Assembly (NCBI GenBank): GCA_034521025.1
Contig: JAXHMZ010000004.1
Coordinates: 107,315-166,484 of the forward strand
DNA: 59,170 bases
Source: Candidatus Campbellbacteria bacterium
GTDB taxonomy: Bacteria > Patescibacteriota > Minisyncoccia > Phycocordibacterales > JAXHMZ01
Direction: 5' to 3'
Made by a program: the position numbers and the translations under genes. This document shows, piece after piece, positions 9,268-18,364 of this stretch. Under the pieces are notes generated by a model, which worked only from the letters and a program-made list of their open reading frames with translations, was not told the DNA's origin and did not search any database. Numbering within the stretch: the stretch's first letter is position 1; the number at the start of each line of letters is the position of its first letter.

Positions 9268-11199
9268 ATGCGTGTTTTAAGAAGTATTCTTGAAGATTAT
9301 ACAGAAGCGCCGCTACCGCCGACGGAGGATGTTGCGCACGCGCTTACGATGAAAAGTTATGAGGTAGAAGAAATTGGAGCTCATGAAGGACTTGATTTTT
9401 TGGAAGTAGATGTACTGCCCAACCGTGCATCTGACAGTTTGTCGCATTTTGGTATAGCGCGCGAGACAGCTAATGCCCTTCGCATAAAACACATCGTTCC
9501 ATCTGAAATACCCACCGTCGAAGAATCTTCACCAGGATCACTAGACATTGAAATTGAAGAAGGCACTGCTAGAAGGTTCGTTGCGGTTACGATATCTGGC
9601 TTAAACAAAGCTACTACTCCGAAGTGGCTGAAAAGCCGCCTTGAGGCACTGGGAGAAAGATCGATCAACCCCATTGTCGATGTTACTAATTATGTGATGT
9701 TACTTACCGGTCAGCCGCTACATGCCTATGACGCGTGCAAGCTGGAAGAAATAACAGGAGGCAAACTCAAGCTCACCTCGCGAATCGCAAAAGAAGGCGA
9801 GACATTGATCAGCTTAGAAGGAGAGGAGATCAACTTTTCAGGCGGTGAATTGATAATAGCCGCTGATGATAAAGTCTTAGGTGTAGCTGGCATTAAAGGC
9901 GGAAAAGAAAGCGGTGTCAACGAGAATACAGACAAGATCGTCTTGGAAGCCGCCTGCTTCAACCCAGTAATGATCAGAAAAACTTCTCAGGCAATAAAAC
10001 TCAAAACCAATGCCTCAAAGAGATTTGAAAATGAAGTTCCACCTGAGTTGTCCCTAGTGGGGATTAGCGAAGCACTCAGAATCTTCAAAGAATTGGCGCC
10101 TGACATTGAAGTAGTCGCTTTAAAAGATGAATATCCAGACAAACCAAAAGAGAGAAAGATCGAACTTGATACAAGTCACGCCGCAAGTCTGATCGGCGTA
10201 GAAATACCTAAAGAAACACAAATAGATATTTTGAAAATGATCGGCTGTGAAGTAAGTGAAGAAGGAAACCTGATAGTAACACCTCCGTGGTATAGGCTAG
10301 ATCTTGAGCAATCTGTAGATCTTGTAGAAGAGATCGGTCGTTTGTATGGCTACGAGAACGTTCCTGAAAAGGAATTAGGTCAGATCTCTCAAAACATTCC
10401 ATCAACTCCTCCGGCTAAAGAGATCATACGAGATCAGTTGATGGACCTAGGATATAGCGAAATTATTACCCGATCATTTAGAAAAAAGGGTGATGTTGCA
10501 GTGGCAAACCCTCTGGACAAGGAGCAACCATTTTTGAGAAAGAACCTCAAAAGTGGTATAGAAAACGCTCTTGAATTAAACGCGCGCAATGCCGAATTAT
10601 TGGAACTAGAAATAGTACGTGTTTTTGAAATAGGCACCATTTTTAAAAAAGACAAAGAAATTGAATCGCTTTCGTTGGGAGCGAGCAAAACGAAGAATTG
10701 CCGACACAAATTCAAACCAGACCAAGAGCTAGATAGAGTCATATCAGATCTAGACACGGCGCTCGGTATAAAAATGTCCGCTCACGAGCTAACTCGTGAG
10801 GTCAACCAAGACTCTTTTGTTATAGAATTTGATCTAGACGCAATTCTTCAAAAAATATCAGACAACCTTGAGTGGAGTTATAGCGAACCACCGTTCAAAG
10901 CTTATAATGAATTTTCACCTTATCCATACGTACTGCGCGATGTGGCGGTCTGGACACCTGAAGGAACTACCGCAAATGAAGTAAGAGAAATTATTAAAAG
11001 TAATGCCAGTGGATTGCTCGGAGTGATAACTTTGTTTGATACATTTGAAAAGGATTTTGAAAGCGAGAAATTCACATCGTATGCATTTCGTCTAGTATTT
11101 CAGTCCTTTCAAAAAACCCTTTCAGACGAAGAAGTAAATGAAGAAATGCAACAAATATACGGCGCTCTTTCAAGCCGGAATGGATTTGAAATACGATAG
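9268..11199 (+). CDS. pheT: Phenylalanine-tRNA ligase beta subunit (no B2 OB-fold insert)
   Basis: PNRASDSLSHFGIARE, INPIVDVTNYV, DLVEEIGRLYGY, C-terminal anticodon-binding domain (RDVAVW, SYAFRLVFQ). Confidence 0.97.
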   Translation: MRVLRSILEDYTEAPLPPTEDVAHALTMKSYEVEEIGAHEGLDFLEVDVLPNRASDSLSHFGIARETANALRIKHIVPSEIPTVEESSPGSLDIEIEEGTARRFVAVTISGLNKATTPKWLKSRLEALGERSINPIVDVTNYVMLLTGQPLHAYDACKLEEITGGKLKLTSRIAKEGETLISLEGEEINFSGGELIIAADDKVLGVAGIKGGKESGVNENTDKIVLEAACFNPVMIRKTSQAIKLKTNASKRFENEVPPELSLVGISEALRIFKELAPDIEVVALKDEYPDKPKERKIELDTSHAASLIGVEIPKETQIDILKMIGCEVSEEGNLIVTPPWYRLDLEQSVDLVEEIGRLYGYENVPEKELGQISQNIPSTPPAKEIIRDQLMDLGYSEIITRSFRKKGDVAVANPLDKEQPFLRKNLKSGIENALELNARNAELLELEIVRVFEIGTIFKKDKEIESLSLGASKTKNCRHKFKPDQELDRVISDLDTALGIKMSAHELTREVNQDSFVIEFDLDAILQKISDNLEWSYSEPPFKAYNEFSPYPYVLRDVAVWTPEGTTANEVREIIKSNASGLLGVITLFDTFEKDFESEKFTSYAFRLVFQSFQKTLSDEEVNEEMQQIYGALSSRNGFEIR

Positions 11200-11270
11200 C
11201 AATTTGGGTGGAAATTTGTTAAAATAAGGTATAAATAAGCACTTAGTGTGCAGTATTTTTTATAATAAAG

Positions 11271-13307
11271 ATGGCTAAAAAAGATACGAATAAACCCAGC
11301 TACGAGGCTAAAGACATCACAGTCTTAGAAGGTCTTGATCCGGTTCGAAAAAGACCTGGAATGTATATCGGAACAACCGGGCTTGATGGCCTTCATCATT
11401 TGGTTACCGAAATTTTTGACAATTCTCGTGACGAGGCGATGGCTGGAGAAGCGGATCACATAGAAATTGCTCTTCTGCCTGATAATTACGTGCGTATTGT
11501 AGACAACGGAAGAGGTATTCCGGTTGATAAGCACCCCAAAACAAAAGTTTCAGCCCTAGAGACGATCATGACCACGCTTCACGCCGGAGGAAAGTTCGGC
11601 GGAGGCGGATATAAAGTTTCAGGTGGGCTTCACGGAGTTGGGGCTTCTGTTGTTAACGCCTTGTCTGAAGAGATGTCCGTAACTGTACACAAAAATGGTA
11701 ATAGTTACATGCAGAGCTACGAAAGAGGTAAAAGAAAGGCGGCTCTGAAAAAATTAGGTAAAAGCGAATTCCAGGGATCAATAATTACATTCAAACCGGA
11801 CAAGGAAATATTTGAAGATATTAACCTTGATAGAGATAAGATCATCTCTCATATGCGCCAACAGGCATATCTGATAAAAGGTTTGAAAATATCAGTTATT
11901 GACGCCCGTGAATATGAAGGGAAGATAGATACTGATAAATTCTACTTGGAAGATCTGAGGTTAGACGTACCTTCGATGTCTTTCTTCTTTGAAGGCGGTC
12001 TCATTTCTTTGATCAAATTCTATAATCAACACCAGAAACCGGTACATAAAAATATTTTTTATGTTGAAAAAGAAGAAGGAGAGGTATCTGTTGAAATAGC
12101 ACTTCAGTACGTGGACGATATTTCTTCCAAAATTTTTCCATTCGCAAATACCATTTATAACGTTGAAGGTGGAATGCATGTCACGGGATTTAAGACAGCT
12201 TTGACTCGCACTCTTAATTCCTACGCCCGTAACAATAATCTATTAAAGGAATCTGACGATAATTTTACCGGCGAAGATGTATTGGAAGGACTTACCGTTG
12301 TAGTGTCTGTAAAGATGCCGGAAATCCAATTTGAAGGTCAAACCAAAGCAAAGCTGGGATCACCAGAAGCACGTGGAGCGGTTGAGGCAATATTTTCTGA
12401 AAACTTTTCCAGTTTTTTGGAGGAAAATCCCGACGACGGAAAAGCAATTATAAACAAAGTCCTGTTAGCACTAAGAGCTAGAAAAGCTGCCAAAGCCGCT
12501 AAAGACAGTATATTGCGTAAGGGTGCCTTAGAAGGAGTTACTCTGCCCGGCAAATTGGCTGATTGCCAGACAAGGAAAGCCGAAGAAAGTGAGTTGTTTA
12601 TAGTAGAGGGTGATTCTGCCGGTGGTACCGCAAAAGCGGGACGCGATCGCCGAACTCAGGCAATTTTGCCTTTACGCGGAAAAATACTAAATGTGGAGCG
12701 AGCTCGACTGGATAGAATGCTCGGATCTAACGAAATCAAGTCATTGGTTTTGGCTTTAGGTACGGCAATTGGGGAGACATTTAATTTAGAAAAACTTCGC
12801 TACCATAAAATAATCATAGCAACAGACGCTGATGTCGATGGAGCGCATATCAGGACTTTGATACTAACGCTTTTCTATAGATATTTCAGGCCAATAATTG
12901 AAGGTGGATATTTGTATATCGCTCAGCCGCCTCTATACAAAGTAACCCGAGGCAAGGAATCTCACTTCTTTTACACAGAAGCGGCTAAAGATGACTTTTT
13001 CGCGTCACTAGGCGAAGATGTCGAAGAGATCGAAGAAGTTCAGAATAATGAAAACAATTCGGAAGATAATTCTCCTAAACAGAAAAAGTCCAAATACAGT
13101 ATACAAAGATACAAGGGTCTTGGTGAGATGAACGCTGACCAGCTGTGGGAGACGACGATGGACCCAGAGGCAAGGGTATTGAAACAAGTAGAAATAGACG
13201 ACGCGCAAGAAGCAGATCAGATCTTCGGCATCCTTATGGGCACGGATGTTAGCGCAAGAAAATCCTTCATTCAGTCAAACGCAAAAGACGCAACACTAGA
13301 TCTCTAG
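11271..13307 (+). CDS. gyrB: DNA gyrase subunit B
   Basis: EGLDPVRKRPGMYIG, GGLHGVGASVVNALS, EGDSAGG, IATDADVDGAHI, QRYKGLGEMN. Confidence 0.97.
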   Translation: MAKKDTNKPSYEAKDITVLEGLDPVRKRPGMYIGTTGLDGLHHLVTEIFDNSRDEAMAGEADHIEIALLPDNYVRIVDNGRGIPVDKHPKTKVSALETIMTTLHAGGKFGGGGYKVSGGLHGVGASVVNALSEEMSVTVHKNGNSYMQSYERGKRKAALKKLGKSEFQGSIITFKPDKEIFEDINLDRDKIISHMRQQAYLIKGLKISVIDAREYEGKIDTDKFYLEDLRLDVPSMSFFFEGGLISLIKFYNQHQKPVHKNIFYVEKEEGEVSVEIALQYVDDISSKIFPFANTIYNVEGGMHVTGFKTALTRTLNSYARNNNLLKESDDNFTGEDVLEGLTVVVSVKMPEIQFEGQTKAKLGSPEARGAVEAIFSENFSSFLEENPDDGKAIINKVLLALRARKAAKAAKDSILRKGALEGVTLPGKLADCQTRKAEESELFIVEGDSAGGTAKAGRDRRTQAILPLRGKILNVERARLDRMLGSNEIKSLVLALGTAIGETFNLEKLRYHKIIIATDADVDGAHIRTLILTLFYRYFRPIIEGGYLYIAQPPLYKVTRGKESHFFYTEAAKDDFFASLGEDVEEIEEVQNNENNSEDNSPKQKKSKYSIQRYKGLGEMNADQLWETTMDPEARVLKQVEIDDAQEADQIFGILMGTDVSARKSFIQSNAKDATLDL

Positions 13308-13328
13308 GAGTTACACTTCCGTAGATAT

Positions 13329-13365
13329 AAAACCCCGCGTAGCTATTGCAGCGCGGGGTTTTATT
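13329..13365 (+). terminator. Intrinsic terminator after gyrB
   Basis: AAAACCCCGCG-loop-CGCGGGGTTTT. Confidence 0.8.
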
Positions 13366-13524
13366 GCCGACGTAGTGCGAGAGGAATACCAAGGCGAAGC
13401 CTTGAGTATTTCCGAGCCGAGGAGAGCAATATGAGGTTTAATACCCCGCCCCTCTGGGGCGGTCAAAGGGTGAGCGAAGCGAACACCCTTTGAGTCCAGG
13501 GCTTGCCCTGGGGTTTAATACCGA
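13366..13524. mobile_element. 159-bp multi-hairpin REP/MITE-like element, copy 1, flanked by TTATT
   Basis: Two substitutions versus 47713-47871; four hairpins; internal 11-bp direct repeat GGTTTAATACC. Confidence 0.85.
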
Positions 13525-13549
13525 TTATTTGTTCTTTGGTTTTGAGTAA

Positions 13550-14641
13550 TTATCTAACGTAGAATTCTGTGCTTTTGATGTTATTTTTTTCTGAAGATTC
13601 CTTGACGTCGTTGGCCGGATCAGCGTTCAAGTAAAGAGTTTCTCCAGCGTGTATATCGTCAAAGGCAAGTATAAATTCAACTCTATCTCCCGGATATAGT
13701 CTTGGTTGACCTGGAGATCGATAATAATAATTATCTCGAGTTGGTAATAGGGCACTAAAATACCAGTTGTTTGGAACCATTTTAGTTCCGTCGTTCACCA
13801 CATAGAACTTGATCGCCGCTCTGTCATCATCGTTTATCCTTCTTTTTTCGACAAAATCGCCGTCATTGTCTATGGATCCTGTGGCTTCAATAACCAAATT
13901 GAGATCTGAAATGCCGCTTGGATCATTTACTCTACCTTTACGCTCAATAGTGATATATTGAGGTTCTTTTGTTGTAGTTTCTTCTCCATTTTCTTTTTCG
14001 GTCTCTTCTTCATCTTCCTTGTCATCGCCATTATTATCTTCCTCGTTATCACCGTCATCATTTTCTTCGGTCTCTCCTGTTTCTGTGGCAATTTCAGTAT
14101 TAACTACCGTGAGAAATACATCGGAAGTAATGTCTGACTCAAGTCCCCGTACAACAACAGGAATGTCGGTGTATCTATTATCGGTTGTAGTAATGGAGAA
14201 AGATACGGATTCTTCTATATCGTCTAGATCGATCTCATCGTTGCATGATATAGACTCTCCAAATAGCTCGACACTAGTTCCTGTATCGCATTCAAACTCG
14301 ATCGTGTAACTATCGGAATCAATGCTTTTGTTTCTATGCTTTATATCTAACTCCAGAGTATCTCCAGAGTTCATCTCAGTGCTTTCCAACGTGAGTTCCA
14401 ATCTCTCTTCTCCCTTAAAAAGGTTCGTTAAATTAGTACCAAGCTCTGAAATGTTTTGAGGAGCTTGTCCTGCCAACTGAAAGATACCAACTCCTAGAGC
14501 TGAAAATACCGCTAGGATCCCCGCAATTGCCAAAACGATGATCCAGGCTGGGCGTTTGCTTCTGTTATTATTTTCACTGGTCGTACCGTTGGTTATTGGA
14601 CGACTAGCTTCCTCTTTTTGAGGTATATTATTTTCGTTCAT
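13550..14641 (-). CDS. Membrane-anchored surface protein with acidic linker and C-terminal CARDB-like domain
   Basis: N-terminal TM (WIIVLAIAGILAVF), E/D/N-rich linker, ADPANDVKESSEKNNI CARDB-type end. Confidence 0.65.
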   Translation of the reverse strand: MNENNIPQKEEASRPITNGTTSENNNRSKRPAWIIVLAIAGILAVFSALGVGIFQLAGQAPQNISELGTNLTNLFKGEERLELTLESTEMNSGDTLELDIKHRNKSIDSDSYTIEFECDTGTSVELFGESISCNDEIDLDDIEESVSFSITTTDNRYTDIPVVVRGLESDITSDVFLTVVNTEIATETGETEENDDGDNEEDNNGDDKEDEEETEKENGEETTTKEPQYITIERKGRVNDPSGISDLNLVIEATGSIDNDGDFVEKRRINDDDRAAIKFYVVNDGTKMVPNNWYFSALLPTRDNYYYRSPGQPRLYPGDRVEFILAFDDIHAGETLYLNADPANDVKESSEKNNIKSTEFYVR

Positions 14642-14680
14642 TTTTGTTAATTATTAATAGTGATAAAGTAACCTATGTAT

Positions 14681-14709
14681 TTGACATAATAGTATAATTG
14701 CTGTATAAC
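14681..14709 (+). promoter_or_regulatory. Putative sigma70 promoter for sortase
   Basis: TTGACA-17bp-TATAAA. Confidence 0.6.
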
Positions 14710-14802
14710 ACAGGTTCGAGAAAGAAATAACTTGTTTTTCGTAGAGTTTTGTTTCTGAAACGAATTATATATTGATTTTCAGTTCTGTCAACTCTTTTTA
14801 AT

Positions 14803-15480
14803 ATGGAAAATTTATTACAAGAAAAAACAACCAGAGTCGACGTCGCTATCTCGTTTGTCACTTTGGGCATTGTTTTTTGCCTCTTGTTTTCCTCTTTCGT
14901 TTTTACAATTTCGGTCGTAAATGCCGACGAAGAGAAAGTCAGAGATAATTCCCAGGAACTCGCTGAGGAAGAAGAAAAAGCCCTTGAAGAAACTGAAAAA
15001 ACTGCTAAAAATAACCCAGAGACAACTAAAGAGAGCAGAAATTTAAAACCAGATCGAATCACAGCTCCTTCTATTGGCCTTGACGCAAAGATCAAGATGC
15101 CAAATTCAAGGGATATTGATGTCCTAGATTCAGCTCTGAAAGACGGTGTAGTCCACTATCCGGGTTCGGGGTACTTAGGGGAAAATAACGCAAATATTTT
15201 CTTGTTTGGCCATAGTTCATTTTTACCCGTTGTAAATAATCAAAACTATAGGATCTTTAACAACATCAAAGGTCTAGAAATAGGAGATGAAATAGTGATG
15301 GAGTCCGCAGGAAAAAAGTTCATCTACCAAGTTACCTCAAATAAACTAGCCAAAGATCATGAAGTTAGAGTTGATTTTGAAACGGACGAAGCCATGCTGA
15401 CGCTTGCTACCTGTAATTCTTTTGGGGCTAAAGAAGACAGATTCATTGTAGAGGCAGTATTGATCAAAGAGGTTAAATAA
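14803..15480 (+). CDS. Sortase
   Basis: N-terminal TM anchor; catalytic His (FGHSS), Cys (TLATC), Arg (EDRFIV). Confidence 0.9.
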   Translation: MENLLQEKTTRVDVAISFVTLGIVFCLLFSSFVFTISVVNADEEKVRDNSQELAEEEEKALEETEKTAKNNPETTKESRNLKPDRITAPSIGLDAKIKMPNSRDIDVLDSALKDGVVHYPGSGYLGENNANIFLFGHSSFLPVVNNQNYRIFNNIKGLEIGDEIVMESAGKKFIYQVTSNKLAKDHEVRVDFETDEAMLTLATCNSFGAKEDRFIVEAVLIKEVK

Positions 15481-15481
15481 C

Positions 15482-15509
15482 TTGACAGTTTGGAAAATCA
15501 AGTTATAAT
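15482..15509 (+). promoter_or_regulatory. Consensus sigma70 promoter for putative sortase substrate
   Basis: TTGACA-16bp-TATAAT. Confidence 0.7.
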
Positions 15510-15534
15510 TACTAAACAATAATTAATTAATAAC

Positions 15535-16482
15535 ATGAAATCTATACATACTAATAAGGTTGTAATTGCGGTTTTTGCTTTAGTTTTTACCCTATTCGGA
15601 ATGGGGTTTGATGTAACTCACGCGAACCACGATTGCGAAAACCTAACTATCGAGATCGGCTCTGGTCGTGCTTATGGACGAGTTGGTGAAAATTTTGAAC
15701 ACCAGATAGACATAAGTGGTTCGGAACTCGAAGATGTTGATCTCAGCGGTTTGCCGAGAGGTCTTAGGTTTTTCGAGAACGACCTAGAGATAAGGGGAAC
15801 ACCGAGAGAAGAAGGAACTTTTGCTGTAGAGATAGTTGCCGAAAACGACTGTGATAGAGATACCGTTGATATTAGTGTTCATATTCGGGAAGCGTATTCT
15901 TCCGGAGTTGGAACAACTGGAGAAAGTGATCCTAACGTGACTTTGGATAGCGAACTTGTTATCAACAAAGACGGTACATACGTCTATTTGAGTCAAATTC
16001 CTTATACGGGAGTAGGTGACGTATTGCAAAGCTCTCTAGCTCTACTTGCTCTTTTGCTATGGATAGCCGCACTAAGTTACATAATGGCCGGACCGGAATT
16101 CAGGTCACGAGCTAAATCTGTCTTTTATTCATTCTTAGCGTTAGAAAACACGCCGAGTGTTCAAACAGTAATGGATAAAAGCGTTCTCGCTACAGAAGAA
16201 GAGTCTAATTATGAAGAGATGCCAATGTTCGTTACTTCATACACCGACGCAAAAGAGGAGTTTGATAGCGAAGAGCTACAAGACTTGCGCACCCAAGCTA
16301 ATAAAGATAGAGCACTCTTTTCTGAGAAGGCGTTGCAGTACATTGTAACCAAAGCAAGTACTACAAACGAGAATTCTTCTGATGTTCTAAACTTAGTAAT
16401 TGATCAGGCGAAAGGAATGTATCCACGCGAAGACGGGTATTTGAAAGTTAACGAAAGCCGGGTCAGAGCGATCCTTGGCTAG
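15535..16482 (+). CDS. Surface protein: signal peptide, He_PIG/Ig-like domain, internal IPYTG sorting-like motif, TM, long C-terminal domain
   Basis: LPRGL..IRGTP..GTFAVEIVA Ig-like motif; SQIPYTG followed by LALLALLLWIAALSYIM. Confidence 0.7.
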   Translation: MKSIHTNKVVIAVFALVFTLFGMGFDVTHANHDCENLTIEIGSGRAYGRVGENFEHQIDISGSELEDVDLSGLPRGLRFFENDLEIRGTPREEGTFAVEIVAENDCDRDTVDISVHIREAYSSGVGTTGESDPNVTLDSELVINKDGTYVYLSQIPYTGVGDVLQSSLALLALLLWIAALSYIMAGPEFRSRAKSVFYSFLALENTPSVQTVMDKSVLATEEESNYEEMPMFVTSYTDAKEEFDSEELQDLRTQANKDRALFSEKALQYIVTKASTTNENSSDVLNLVIDQAKGMYPREDGYLKVNESRVRAILG

Positions 16483-16499
16483 ATCAGGTCAGAAATTAC

Positions 16500-16543
16500 A
16501 ATAAACAAAAAGCCGGTAAATATTTGCCGGCTTTTTGTTTATT
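16500..16543. terminator. Bidirectional intrinsic terminator between surface protein and thrS
   Basis: AATAAACAAAAAGCCGG...CCGGCTTTTTGTTTATT. Confidence 0.88.
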
Positions 16544-16553
16544 CGCAAGTTTT

Positions 16554-18311
16554 TTAAACACTTATATCTCTAGAAGTATTTTTCTGTTTTAATAGATCGA
16601 TGAGTTCGTCCACCTTTATTTCACCAAGTTTTCCTGAGTCGCGCGATTCTATAGAGATCGAATTATTTTTACTTTCACGGTCTCCAATTACTCCTATATA
16701 GGGAACTCGTTCCATTTTTGCGTTGCGTATACGCTTACCTAAAGAATCATTTTCATCAAGAACATCCACTCGCAAGCCTGCTTTTATGATCTGCTCGGCT
16801 ATTTCATGGGTTATATCTTTCTGTTCTTCTGAAACTGGTACTAGTGAGATCTGCACCGGAGATAGCCATAGCGGTAACTTACCGGCAAAATGCTCCAATA
16901 AAATACCCATAAATCTATCTGGGGAGCCGATGATAGCCCTATGTATCAAAACCGGCCTTTTCTCATCTCCATTGTTATCAACGTAAGTAAGATCGAAACG
17001 TTCAGGCATACTAAAGTCCAATTGAACGGTAGATATTTGCCACTCTCTTCCGAGGGCATCATGGGCCATTATATCCATTTTAGGGCCGTAAAACGCCGCT
17101 TCGCCCGGAGCTTCAACATAATCTACGCCGTTTTGCTCCAACAGATCTTTTAACATACTCTGTGATCGTTCCCACAGGGAATCATCTCCTAAATATTTTT
17201 CTTTGTTTTCCGGATCTCTCAAAGAAAGCCTTATGTGATAATCCAACCCATAGATCTTGAGAGCAACTTGTACAACTTCCAGTATTTTATTGAACTCTTC
17301 TTCTATTTGATCTTCACTGCAAAAGACATGGCCGTCGTCTTGAGAAAAAAAGCGGAGGCGCGTCAAGCCGGCTAATTCACCCGGTTTTTCGTCTCGGTAT
17401 AAGTTCGAGAAGTCTGCTATTCTGATCGGTAGATCTCTATAGCTCCGTTTTTTTGAAGCATATAATTGCGTATGTTGCGGACAATTCATTGGCTTCAGGT
17501 AATACTCCTCGTCTGTATAATGAGAACTCACCTTAAACATATCTTCTTCGTATTTTTGGTAGTGACCTGATATTTTAAATAGTTCAGCTTTGTTCATATT
17601 AGGAGTGTGAACTTCCTGGAAGCCGATCTTGGCATTTAGCTCACGCGAGAATTCAACTATTTTTGACCTCACAATATTGCCTTTCGGAGTAAAGATCGGC
17701 AGTCCTGGGCCGATCAATTCGGAAAAGACAAGCAGATCCAGTTCTTTGGCTAATTTACGGTGGTCGCGTTTTTTGGCCTCTTCGCGCATTTCCAAATAAT
17801 TCGCAAGAGATTCTTTTGCTTCAAAGGCAAAACCGGAAATACGCACCAATTGGTCATTATTTTCATCACTCTGCCAATAGGCTCCGGAAATTGCATGGAG
17901 TTTAAATGCCTCGGGAACTAGATCGTTTATATCATCAACGTGTCCGCCGCGACAAAGATCAATAAAAGAACCTGATCTGTAAAGAGAAACTTTTTCTCCT
18001 TTGTCTTCAAATGAATCTATCAATTCGAGCTTATACTTATTATCTTTGAAATGTTCCCGAGCTTCTTCGGGGGTTACTTCAATACGCTCGAATCCTTCCC
18101 AGCTAGAAAGAATTTCTCGCATCTTGTTTTCAATTTTTTCTAATTCTTCCTCGGTTGGAATATTAGATTCAAAAGCAAAGTCATAGAAAAAACCGTTTTC
18201 AGTAGTAGGTCCGGTCGCAGGTAATGACCGCGGATACATTTGAGTAACTGCCGCTGCTAGTAAATGCGCGAATGAATGTCGGATCTTTTCAAGTTTTTCT
18301 TGGTCGTTCAT
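16554..18311 (-). CDS. thrS: Threonine-tRNA ligase (no TGS domain)
   Basis: HSFAHLL and DLCRGGH editing motifs, KPMNCPQH, QDDGH, IHRA Zn ligands. Confidence 0.98.
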   Translation of the reverse strand: MNDQEKLEKIRHSFAHLLAAAVTQMYPRSLPATGPTTENGFFYDFAFESNIPTEEELEKIENKMREILSSWEGFERIEVTPEEAREHFKDNKYKLELIDSFEDKGEKVSLYRSGSFIDLCRGGHVDDINDLVPEAFKLHAISGAYWQSDENNDQLVRISGFAFEAKESLANYLEMREEAKKRDHRKLAKELDLLVFSELIGPGLPIFTPKGNIVRSKIVEFSRELNAKIGFQEVHTPNMNKAELFKISGHYQKYEEDMFKVSSHYTDEEYYLKPMNCPQHTQLYASKKRSYRDLPIRIADFSNLYRDEKPGELAGLTRLRFFSQDDGHVFCSEDQIEEEFNKILEVVQVALKIYGLDYHIRLSLRDPENKEKYLGDDSLWERSQSMLKDLLEQNGVDYVEAPGEAAFYGPKMDIMAHDALGREWQISTVQLDFSMPERFDLTYVDNNGDEKRPVLIHRAIIGSPDRFMGILLEHFAGKLPLWLSPVQISLVPVSEEQKDITHEIAEQIIKAGLRVDVLDENDSLGKRIRNAKMERVPYIGVIGDRESKNNSISIESRDSGKLGEIKVDELIDLLKQKNTSRDISV

Positions 18312-18364
18312 AAATAAATATGTCTTAACTTTTGTATCGTAGCATATTAAGTCAATTTGTGTTT

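Noticed and set aside
8245-13380. Shared ACGTAGTG near the left ends of the tRNA 3' insert and the 159-bp element
   Set aside because: Only 8 bp, and copy 2 of the element reads ACGTAGAG; could be chance
13366-13524. CRISPR array or integron attC site
   Set aside because: No repeat-spacer periodicity, no cas or intI gene, and no RYYYAAC/GTTRRRY ends
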